Source: Zetaproteobacteria bacterium CG_4_9_14_3_um_filter_49_83
GTDB taxonomy: Bacteria; Pseudomonadota; Zetaproteobacteria; Mariprofundales; Mariprofundaceae
DNA: 64,000 nucleotides
Reading direction: 5' to 3'
NCBI GenBank assembly: GCA_002791545.1
Contig: PFXG01000010.1
Location: 40,161-104,160, forward strand
The translations under genes and the position numbers were made by a program. Of the stretch, positions 40,866 through 53,490 are shown piece after piece. Position 1 is the stretch's first letter. Each line of letters begins with the position of its first letter. The notes beneath the pieces were generated by a model. That model did not search any database and was not told the origin of the DNA. It saw only the letters and a program-made list of their open reading frames with translations.

Positions 40866-42779
40866 TTATGGTTTCATGCCCGGCATTTGTTCTTCCAGGT
40901 AGGTATAGCCGGCCAGCCCGTCTTTATAAAAGCGCAGGAAGCCATTGGCTTCAGAGGCGGTCAGACGTTTTTCGGTGCGAGCCTGAGAGAGTTGGCGGCG
41001 CATGCGATCCAGCAATACTTTTTCGTTGAACTGCACATAATCCAGCACTTCAGCCACACTTTCACCTTCGACGATCTGTTCAAGTTCATAATTTTCGCCA
41101 TCCATGCGTACGTGGACGGCATGCGTGTCGCCGAATAAATTATGTAAATCGCCGAGAATTTCCTGATAGGCACCGGTCAGAAATACGCCGATCAGGTAAT
41201 CGTCGCCATTGTTGATAAAATGCAAAGGCAGGGTGGCGGAATGTCCCGTCGCCAGTGGGAAGTTTTGCATTTTGCCGTCCGAGTCGCAGGTGATATCAAC
41301 CAGAATACCCTGTTGTTCCGGTTGTTCGTCCAGACGGTGGATGGGTACGACCGGGAATATCTGATCTATGGCCCAGGCATCGGGCAGGGATTGAAACACC
41401 GAGAAATTGCAGAAATAACGGTCAGCCAGTTGAGTGCGGATGCCGGGCACCAGCTCGTTGGCTTCATCTTCATCCAATACGTTAATCAGTCGGCTGATCA
41501 GGTGCCAGTACAGTTCATCGCCCTGAGCGCGTTCGGATAAGGTGCAGTGACCCAGTACAAAAAGACGATTGATATCATCGCGCAGGGAAATGACGTCGTG
41601 TAATGCCTCGCGAGGGGCAATCTCTTTGAGATCTTTATAAGTGTCCCAGAGCTGGCGGAGCTGCATCGGGGCATTTTTCTGAGGTTCGGATAAAGTCAGT
41701 GTGCCACTGCGTTTGGTGACACCAAGTACATCGATAACCAGAACGGCATGATGCGCCACCAGTGCCCGTCCCGATTCTGAAATGATATCCGGGTGAGGCA
41801 GGTCTTTTTCGTCACATACCGTTTTCATCGTCCAGACAATGTCGTTGGCATATTCCTGCAGCGAATAATCGATCGAGGAGTGTGAGCCGGAGATAGCGCC
41901 GTCGTAATTGACACCCAGGCCGCCGCCCACATCGATAAATTCAATGGGTGCGCCAAGCTGGCGCAGTTCGACATAAAAACGCGCGACTTCCTGCATTGCT
42001 TGTTTGATGTTGCGAATGCGCGGTACTTGCGAGCCGATGTGGAAATGTAACAGGCGAAGAGAATCAAGCATTTGGCGGTCAGAAAGTTTGCGCACAACAT
42101 CCATGATTTCACCGGCGGATAAGCCGAATTTCGAATTGTCTCCACCAGAGTCTGCCCATTTCCCCTGACTGGTAGCCGCCAGTCGACAACGCAGACCGAT
42201 CAATGGTTTTACATCCAGACGCGCAGATGCTTCCATTATTATATCGAGTTCATTGGGTTTCTCGACAACAATAAAGACACGTTTGCCCATTTTTCGGCCC
42301 ATCATGGCCAGTTCGATAAACTCGCGATCTTTATAGCCGTTACAAATGATCAGCCCTTCAATATCTTCCAGCATAGCCAGGGTAGCATGTAGTTCGGGTT
42401 TGGAGCCGGCCTCCAGCCCCCAGTTGAATTCAGCCCCGAATTCGACGATTTCTTCGACAACCTGTCGTTGCTGGTTAACCTTGATCGGATACACACCGTA
42501 ATAGCGACCCTGATAAGCGGATTCCTGTCGAGCAATGGAGAATCGGTCATGAATCTGTTGCATACGCTGCTTCAGGATATCAGAGAAACGCAGTAAAAGA
42601 GGAGGATACAGGTCGCGTCCAGCCAGTTCATCGCAAAGCCTTTTCAGATCAACCTGATGTTCACCATCAGGCACGGCAACCATGTGACCGGCCTCGTTGA
42701 TTGAAAAGAATCCATTGCCCCAGCCGTCAATCTGATAAAGATCGGATGATTTCTGAGTTGACCATTTTTTGTTCGGCAT
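40866..42779 (-). CDS. speA: biosynthetic arginine decarboxylase
   Basis: About 637 aa, colinear with SpeA (YPIKVNQQ PLP-lysine region, GGGLGVNYDG). ATG 42779. Confidence 0.95.
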   Translation of the reverse strand: MPNKKWSTQKSSDLYQIDGWGNGFFSINEAGHMVAVPDGEHQVDLKRLCDELAGRDLYPPLLLRFSDILKQRMQQIHDRFSIARQESAYQGRYYGVYPIKVNQQRQVVEEIVEFGAEFNWGLEAGSKPELHATLAMLEDIEGLIICNGYKDREFIELAMMGRKMGKRVFIVVEKPNELDIIMEASARLDVKPLIGLRCRLAATSQGKWADSGGDNSKFGLSAGEIMDVVRKLSDRQMLDSLRLLHFHIGSQVPRIRNIKQAMQEVARFYVELRQLGAPIEFIDVGGGLGVNYDGAISGSHSSIDYSLQEYANDIVWTMKTVCDEKDLPHPDIISESGRALVAHHAVLVIDVLGVTKRSGTLTLSEPQKNAPMQLRQLWDTYKDLKEIAPREALHDVISLRDDINRLFVLGHCTLSERAQGDELYWHLISRLINVLDEDEANELVPGIRTQLADRYFCNFSVFQSLPDAWAIDQIFPVVPIHRLDEQPEQQGILVDITCDSDGKMQNFPLATGHSATLPLHFINNGDDYLIGVFLTGAYQEILGDLHNLFGDTHAVHVRMDGENYELEQIVEGESVAEVLDYVQFNEKVLLDRMRRQLSQARTEKRLTASEANGFLRFYKDGLAGYTYLEEQMPGMKP

Positions 42780-42826
42780 ATTTTCTCTCTCATCCACTTT
42801 GATTTGAACGCGCCAATTTCCCGGGC

Positions 42827-42855
42827 ATAGTAATTTGGCGGCGGGTGCCTATCAA
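42827..42855 (-). promoter_or_regulatory. candidate sigma70 promoter of speA
   Basis: On the minus strand: TTGATA, 17 nt, TACTAT. About 45 nt upstream of the speA ATG. Confidence 0.4.
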
Positions 42856-43055
42856 GGTGCGTTTATAATCTTCGTCACAGTAGCACAGAAGAATCAAAGT
42901 ATCTCGAATCCATATCTCATTGACTGATATGCTTAAAGCCAAGGATGGTGATTTCTACACTTGGACTGGTTTTGCAACCACAATATGGTGGAGTTTCTGG
43001 CTGTTTGCGCGTCGATGTACAATCCCGGTTGGTATGGCTGCACTTTTGGAAATAG

Positions 43056-43245
43056 TCGGGGGAGCAGAGCATTGAGGCACGCAGTGAGGATGAGACGATC
43101 TGGTTATCGCAAAAGCTCATGGCGGAGCTGTTTGCGGTGGATGTGCGCACCATCAGTGAGCATCTGAAGAATATCTACGAATCCGGTGATTCAGCGTGAG
43201 GCAACGATCCGGAAATTCCAGACAGTTCAAACCGAAGGAAAGTGA
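43056..43245 (+). pseudogene. RhuM-family gene remnant (frameshifted, truncated)
   Basis: GEQSIEARSEDETIWLSQKLMAELFAVDVRTISEHLKNIYESG, then TGA. It continues in the +1 frame as EATIRKFQTVQTEGK, matching the conserved RhuM N-terminal region. More degraded traces may run to about 43400. Confidence 0.65.
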
Positions 43246-43442
43246 GTGGCTTCTGGAGTAGGCATTGTTGTCGAGGTTTCATAACTTGATAGTGACCATC
43301 ATAGCTGGCCTTATTTTTTCAACCATTTGATTCGAGGCTTGGTTTAGTAACTCTTCTTTCCTCGGCGATTTTCGCCGGAAACTGCTTGGTTGATAAACTG
43401 ATTCAGGCCTTTTTGTGGGGTGAGTGAATAACGTGGTCACGC

Positions 43443-43651
43443 ATTCAGATCAGTGTTTACGAAAATCACATCATCTTCTTGAATGAAGGGCAATTGCCTG
43501 AGCATTGGACGGTAGTGCGACTGTCGCAAAACATCCGTCAAAACCGCACAATCTCCATATTGTCAACGCATGCTTTCGTGTCGGGCTGATTGAATCGTGG
43601 GGTAGAAGTACGCTGAAGATTTTCAGCGAGTGCAAGAGCGCTGGAGTTTAA
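43443..43651 (+). pseudogene. remnant of the C-terminus of an AlbA_2/'ATP-dependent DNA helicase RecG-like' DNA-binding protein
   Basis: IQISVYENHIIFLNEGQLPEHWT, then after a frameshift HPSKPHNLHIVNACFRVGLIESWGRSTLKIFSECKSAGV*. This matches the ...NPG.LP...H.S.PRNPLIA..F.R.GLIE.WG.G..KI..EC..AG tail of that family. Confidence 0.6.
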
Positions 43652-43709
43652 AAAGATGTGTTTTGGGGGCATGTTTCGGTAAGTCGTGAAATATTAGTGA
43701 CTTAGCGAG

Positions 43710-43732
43710 TTACCCACAGAAGCTGTGGATAA
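43710..43732. promoter_or_regulatory. converging DnaA-box pair (near-perfect 10-bp inverted repeat)
   Basis: TTACCCACAG-aag-CTGTGGATAA. The right box is a perfect TGTGGATAA. The left box has 1 mismatch to TTATCCACA. Confidence 0.5.
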
Positions 43733-43751
43733 CTCTGTGAATAGAAATCCA

Positions 43752-43773
43752 TTTTGTCATGTATTTGTCATGT
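43752..43773 (+). repeat. tandem 11-bp direct repeat
   Basis: TTTTGTCATGT ATTTGTCATGT. Confidence 0.6.
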
Positions 43774-44000
43774 TCGGGGGCCTGAAAACAGGCTGCCTAA
43801 ATTTTAGGCTGTAATTATTTGGCAATAAAAACAACATCTTATGTCATTTGTAAAAGTTCATCTGACAGGGTGGGCTGTTTGCTAGCTCATGAGGAAGGTG
43901 TTGTGGAAAACATTTCAAATACTCTGTGGTATTGTGCTTGTCCAGACTTTTTTGAGACAATATCCCCGATTGTGATGTCATCATGTCCCTGACCAGTATT

Positions 44001-44034
44001 GAGTTACGGTGACATATATGGAGTTACGGTGACA
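44001..44034 (+). repeat. iteron-like direct repeat, 14-mer x2 with 20-bp period
   Basis: GAGTTACGGTGACA-tatatg-GAGTTACGGTGACA, followed by the AT-rich TAAATATACTAATTATTTTA. Confidence 0.65.
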
Positions 44035-44086
44035 GTTTGCTAAATATACTAATTATTTTAGGTTGGCAGCATGGCTCGTTTACCAC

Positions 44087-45215
44087 GGGCGGACTCAAAG
44101 TATAAGTGCAACAGCGATTGAGGTTAAATTGCTGCCATGGGAAAAAATTATACATACTTAAATACAGAAGAACGAAGTTTGATCCAGGTTAGCTTGGAAT
44201 TAGGTCAAACGCAGGCTGATATAGCACGTAGTTTACAGCGTCCACGTAGTTGTATCAGTCGTGAGCTTGCACGCAATGGCTGGACGAACCCTACCGCACA
44301 ACCCCGCTCCCGAGGTCGCCCAGCGATTGCTGGTGGATACCGTTCGGTAGATGCTCACCAGCGTGCCAAGGATAAAGCTTCACAACCCCGCAACCCCAAA
44401 CGACTGGTTGCTGGAAGCGAGCTTTGGGATGAGGTGGTGTCGTTGTTAAAAGGCTTCCACTCTCCTGAACAGATTTCAGGTATACTCAGGCGCATGAACG
44501 CTGATGACAAGACCATGCAAGTGAGCCACGAAACCATATATCGTGCCATTTATGCCATACCTCGTGGGGCATTGAGGAAGGAGTTGATCGCTTGTTTGCG
44601 CCAGTCTCGCAAAAGCCGCAGACCTCGAACTCGTGGCGAAGACCGTAGGGGAACTATCCCGAATATGGTCAGCATTCATGATCGACCATCAGATATTGAG
44701 GAGCGTATCATTCCAGGGCATTGGGAAGGTGATTTAATCAAAGGTTCGCGTAATGCATCTTCGGTTGGCACCCTTGTTGAACGAACAAGTTTGTTTGTAA
44801 CGCTGGTCAAATTAGACTCTGCTACTGCCAAAGATGTGGAGCAAGGCTTTGCCTATGTCCTCAACCGCATTGATGCGCAAAAGCGTTTAAGTATGACCTA
44901 TGATCAAGGTCGGGAGATGGCATGGCATGAGCTGTTGGCAACAGAAACAGGGATCAAGGTGTACTTCGCTGATCCACATAGCCCTTGGCAACGTGGGCGC
45001 AATGAAAACACCAATGGATTGCTTCGACAGTATCTCCCCAAAGGTACTGATTTATCAGTCTATTCTCAGCAAGAGCTTGATGAGATTGCTTGGAAGTTAA
45101 ACACACGGCCACGAAAATCCTTGAACTTTAGATGCCCTGCTGAAATATTCATGCCTGAGTCCTTCGACTTTCACAAACATTTTGCGCGTGTTGCACTTAG
45201 AGCTTGAAACCGCCC
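44087..45215 (+). mobile_element. IS30-family insertion sequence (about 1129 bp), apparently intact
   Basis: Terminal inverted repeats GGGCGGACTCAAAGTATAAGTGCAACA (44087-44113) and the reverse complement of 45189-45215, GGGCGGTTTCAAGCTCTAAGTGCAACA, match at 22 of 27. A single transposase ORF ends inside the right IR. Confidence 0.8.
44137..45207 (+). CDS. IS30 family transposase
   Basis: N-terminal HTH (LNTEERSLIQVSLELGQTQADIARSL), HWEGDLI and DQGREM...PHSPWQRGRNENTNGLLRQYLPKG DDE-region motifs. Confidence 0.93.
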   Translation: MGKNYTYLNTEERSLIQVSLELGQTQADIARSLQRPRSCISRELARNGWTNPTAQPRSRGRPAIAGGYRSVDAHQRAKDKASQPRNPKRLVAGSELWDEVVSLLKGFHSPEQISGILRRMNADDKTMQVSHETIYRAIYAIPRGALRKELIACLRQSRKSRRPRTRGEDRRGTIPNMVSIHDRPSDIEERIIPGHWEGDLIKGSRNASSVGTLVERTSLFVTLVKLDSATAKDVEQGFAYVLNRIDAQKRLSMTYDQGREMAWHELLATETGIKVYFADPHSPWQRGRNENTNGLLRQYLPKGTDLSVYSQQELDEIAWKLNTRPRKSLNFRCPAEIFMPESFDFHKHFARVALRA

Positions 45216-45279
45216 TCCAATATACGCCCATGATTTCTTTGATATTAGATATTAAACTGCAAATAAGGAACAGTTACCC

Positions 45280-49899
<4,620 letters not shown>

Positions 49900-49911
49900 A
49901 GCAAGACCGGT

Positions 49912-51012
49912 TTAGATGCGCATTGGCATAACTACATATTTTGCATCGTCTTGTCCTTTTCCCCGGATCAGTACCGGTGATAATTCATCACGTATTTCCA
50001 TTTCAACACTTTCAGAAGTCAGCGCAGCCAGCACATCACGCAAATATCGGCCATTAAATCCAATCACTGCTTCACCGTTTTCTATATTTGCTTCTACAAT
50101 ACCTTCAGCCTTTTCCTGTTCCGTATTATGTGCTGATACTTCGATATTAACGGTTGAGAAATTCAATTTAAGATCGTGTGTAAAATCGTTAGCTACAATC
50201 ATGCTACGACGAAGAACCTGATCAAATTCATTACAGTTCACTGTAACAATGATCGGATTATCTCTCGGAATTACATCCAGATATGAAGGGAATCTCGCAT
50301 CAATAATTTTACTGGTTAATGTGTAATCACCTGCTTTAACACGAATTTGTCGTGCTCCTAAGGCAACCGTGACTTCTCCCTCATAATCTTCGCATACTTT
50401 TTTGATTTCAGTCACTGCTTTTCTCGGCACAATACATTGTGCCGGTGAAGAGGATTGATCGATTCTTGTTTCTTTAAGCGCCAGACGATGACCATCAGTG
50501 GTTACGATCTTAAATCCATTGCTATCATCCATTTCAAAAAGTGAGCCAGTTAAATATTTACGAGTTTCATCATTGGACATGGCGAATGCTGTACCGGCAA
50601 TCATTTGAGCTAATAATTTTGCATCGATACGAAAGTTCATCTCTGTTTCATCTTTCGGCATACCGGGATAATCATCAGCAGGTAATGTTGATAGCCGGAA
50701 TTTAGAACGACCATTTTTAATTTCCAGGAAGTTATTATGATATTTCAGTAATACTTCTTTTTCTGCATCGAGTTCTTTTACAATATCGTGAAATTTCTTC
50801 GCTTCAACTGTGATTTTTCCGGCCACTTCAACATTCACACCGGTTGAAGATATCACAGCGATTTGCAGGTCTGTTGCCATTAAAGTAAGTGCTCCGTTTT
50901 CCGCCTGTAAAAGGAAATTACTCAGGATCGGACTCGTGCTTTTCTTCTCAACAATATTCTGACAACGCTGAATTTGTTGCAATAAGGATGCTCTTGAAAT
51001 TGAAATCTGCAT
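49912..51012 (-). CDS. dnaN: DNA polymerase III beta sliding clamp
   Basis: MQISISRASLL... 366 aa, three-domain clamp ending in VVMPMRI. AGGAG 6 nt before ATG 51012. Confidence 0.96.
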   Translation of the reverse strand: MQISISRASLLQQIQRCQNIVEKKSTSPILSNFLLQAENGALTLMATDLQIAVISSTGVNVEVAGKITVEAKKFHDIVKELDAEKEVLLKYHNNFLEIKNGRSKFRLSTLPADDYPGMPKDETEMNFRIDAKLLAQMIAGTAFAMSNDETRKYLTGSLFEMDDSNGFKIVTTDGHRLALKETRIDQSSSPAQCIVPRKAVTEIKKVCEDYEGEVTVALGARQIRVKAGDYTLTSKIIDARFPSYLDVIPRDNPIIVTVNCNEFDQVLRRSMIVANDFTHDLKLNFSTVNIEVSAHNTEQEKAEGIVEANIENGEAVIGFNGRYLRDVLAALTSESVEMEIRDELSPVLIRGKGQDDAKYVVMPMRI

Positions 51013-51027
51013 GCTTACTCCTTTCAT

Positions 51028-51264
51028 ACCTTTTTTATTTAAGATCTTTTAACAGCCATCATAGGGGCTGTGGATAACTGGATAACACGTAAAAATGTAA
51101 TGTCTGATAGCTTTTCACGATGATATTTATTCAGAAGAAGCTATGTAGGGTGTGTTAATACTTTGTGGATAAACCTCATCTGTTTGCAAATTAAAATCAA
51201 TTACTCCAATGACTCCCATTTTATCCACACCTTGTTGATGTATGTTTCCATAGCTTTTTAGCAC
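51028..51264. promoter_or_regulatory. DnaA-box cluster in the dnaA-dnaN spacer: candidate oriC (or oriC sub-region)
   Basis: Perfect boxes TGTGGATAA at 51069-51077 and 51164-51172, and TTATCCACA at 51221-51229. A 2-mismatch box at 51077-51085. AT-rich tract TTTTTTATTTAAGATCTTTTAAC at 51031-51053. Confidence 0.55.
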
Positions 51265-52581
51265 TCAGTTTCGTATGGATGAAATAATACGTGACACTTC
51301 GTCATCAAAGTTTTTGTCGTTTTCACACATGGTATTAATTTTTCTTACGGCATATAAAATCGTCGTGTGATCCTTTCCGCCAAATTGAGAACCTATTTCC
51401 GGTAATGACAATTGTGTCAGTTCTTTACTGGCATACATCGCAACCTGTCGAGGAAAGGCAATATTGCGGCTGCGCTTATTTGATCGCATATCTTTTGGGT
51501 TAATGCCGTAATATTCAGCGATTTTCTTTTGAATATCGTCTACAGAAATACTCCTGACATTCACATGCAATTGATCTCGCAAGATATTTTTAGCCATATG
51601 AATATCGATGGATTGATTGGTAAGATGAGCAAAAGCTGTTAAGCGTGTTAATGCGCCTTCTAGCTCACGAACGTTATTGACGATACGTGAAGCAAGAAGA
51701 TAGGAAACCTCTTTATCGAGTTGAATGCCCGCCAGTTCAGCTTTTGCTTCAAGAATTGCCAGACGTGTTTCCAGATCCGGCGGCTGAATATCGGCTACTA
51801 ATCCCCAGTTGAATCGTGATCGCAAGCGTTCTTCTAAATGACTCATGTCTCTGGGGCTTCGGTCTGACACCAGAATAATCTGTTTCCTGATTTCATGCAG
51901 TGCATTAAAGGTATGGAAAAATTCTTCCTGTGTACTTGTTTTTCCGGCAATAAATTGTACATCATCAATAATCAACACATCGACGCGTCGATATTTTCTG
52001 CGAAACTGATCAGTTGTACCTTTTCGAATTGCTGTAATCAGTTCGTTAGTGAAGCGTTCGCCGGTTCGATATGCAATTTTAAGAGGGCTGTGAATGATAA
52101 GTTCATTGGCAATAGCATGAATTAAATGTGTTTTTCCTAATCCTACACCACCATGGATGTATAGAGGATTATAACATTCACCGGGTTTCTCTGCGACTGC
52201 CTGACTGGCTGCAAAGCAAAATGCGTTGCTGGATCCGACTACAAAATTCTTAAATGTAAAACGTGGATCGATGTTGCCATCAACTGTATTTTTGATCAGA
52301 GCAGCATCTTGTTTAGGGGGGGCTTCAGCCTGGTGTACTAAAGAAGCATCTATCTGATAGATAATCTCAGTTGATTCACCATATTGCTGATAAACAAGTT
52401 GGGTTAGCAATTCACCACAATCTTGCTTTAAGCCATCCAGAAAAAATCGGCTTGGTACAATGACATGAAGTTTATCGTTATGGTAACGAGCATGAACAGG
52501 ATGTACCCAGGCATCGAATTGTGCTGATGAAAGTTGAGCTTTAAGTGCTTTGACTATTTGATTCCATTTATTAATCGACAT
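51265..52581 (-). CDS. dnaA: chromosomal replication initiator DnaA
   Basis: AAA+ Walker A GGVGLGKTHL, LIIDDVQF, and the C-terminal DNA-binding helix region IGSQFGGKDHTTILYAVRKI. Confidence 0.98.
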   Translation of the reverse strand: MSINKWNQIVKALKAQLSSAQFDAWVHPVHARYHNDKLHVIVPSRFFLDGLKQDCGELLTQLVYQQYGESTEIIYQIDASLVHQAEAPPKQDAALIKNTVDGNIDPRFTFKNFVVGSSNAFCFAASQAVAEKPGECYNPLYIHGGVGLGKTHLIHAIANELIIHSPLKIAYRTGERFTNELITAIRKGTTDQFRRKYRRVDVLIIDDVQFIAGKTSTQEEFFHTFNALHEIRKQIILVSDRSPRDMSHLEERLRSRFNWGLVADIQPPDLETRLAILEAKAELAGIQLDKEVSYLLASRIVNNVRELEGALTRLTAFAHLTNQSIDIHMAKNILRDQLHVNVRSISVDDIQKKIAEYYGINPKDMRSNKRSRNIAFPRQVAMYASKELTQLSLPEIGSQFGGKDHTTILYAVRKINTMCENDKNFDDEVSRIISSIRN

Positions 52582-52751
52582 TTTCGGAATTATACATGCA
52601 CCGTAATGCTTATCTACCTACATCCTTATGTTAAATTCTTACGACACGCATGCGCGGCTATTGACATTGGTGCTTGCAAAATTATCCTTCGCGACCCCTT
52701 ACATATGCCTCTAAGCAAAATCAGGGTGAAAGTAGTGAGCAGGAGAGAATC

Positions 52752-52886
52752 ATGAGTTTTACATATAAACCAAGTCGTGTCCGTCGCGCTCGTACTCACG
52801 GATTTCGTGCACGTATGGCTACCAAGTCCGGTCGTGCAGTTATTAGTCGTCGTCGTGCAAAAGGCCGTAAACGTCTTTGTGCATAA
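52752..52886 (+). CDS. rpmH: 50S ribosomal protein L34
   Basis: [50 protein letters not shown] lies before the ATG. Confidence 0.97.
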   Translation: MSFTYKPSRVRRARTHGFRARMATKSGRAVISRRRAKGRKRLCA

Positions 52887-52892
52887 TTTAGT

Positions 52893-53240
52893 CTGAGCTT
52901 CATATTTCCGCCTGAATACCGCCTTCGTACGCGAGAAGATTTTTCACGCTTACGACAGGCTAAAAGGTTTCAGTGTCAGGGTTTGGTATGTGTTTATCAA
53001 ATCAATCAGTTGGATCATGGGCGTCTTGGCATGGCGGTTTCGACAAAATTTGGACATTCAGCACATCGCCATCAGTTAAAAAGATATATGAGAGAAGTCT
53101 TTCGACAACATCCGGTCAGGAATATATCAATTGATATTCTCCTGATTCCTCGTATTACAGCCAGGGATATGTCTGATCCATCATGTCGGTTATTAGCTTT
53201 GTTTAATCAACTTTCGCAAAAGTTTAATCACCATGATTAA
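52893..53240 (+). CDS. rnpA: RNase P protein component (start codon unresolved)
   Basis: The frame is open from the rpmH stop. The conserved N-terminal block FPPEYRLRTREDFSRLRQ lies upstream of the first canonical start (TTG 52983). CTG 52893 and ATA 52902 are the only near-cognate candidates. Confidence 0.8.
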   Translation: MSFIFPPEYRLRTREDFSRLRQAKRFQCQGLVCVYQINQLDHGRLGMAVSTKFGHSAHRHQLKRYMREVFRQHPVRNISIDILLIPRITARDMSDPSCRLLALFNQLSQKFNHHD

Positions 53241-53466
53241 AAAAATGATCCTTTTCCCTATTCATGTTTATCGTTATGCTATCTCACCTTTTTTTCCTTC
53301 CAGGTGCATTTATACCCCTTCATGTTCTCAGTATATGATTGAGGCTATTCAAACGTTTGGAATTGGCAGAGGTTTATTGTTGGGAGTCAGACGTTTTTTT
53401 CGTTGTCGACCTGGTGTGGTTGGTGGCTATGATCCGGTTCCGGAAATTTCAGAATTTACAAAGTAA
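53233..53466 (+). CDS. yidD: membrane protein insertion efficiency factor YidD
   Basis: YRYAISPFFPSRCIYTPSCSQYMIEAI...RCRPGVVGGYDPVP is the canonical YidD sequence. Confidence 0.93.
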   Translation: MIKKMILFPIHVYRYAISPFFPSRCIYTPSCSQYMIEAIQTFGIGRGLLLGVRRFFRCRPGVVGGYDPVPEISEFTK

Positions 53467-53490
53467 TGCAAAGACCGAAGGAGTTGTTAA

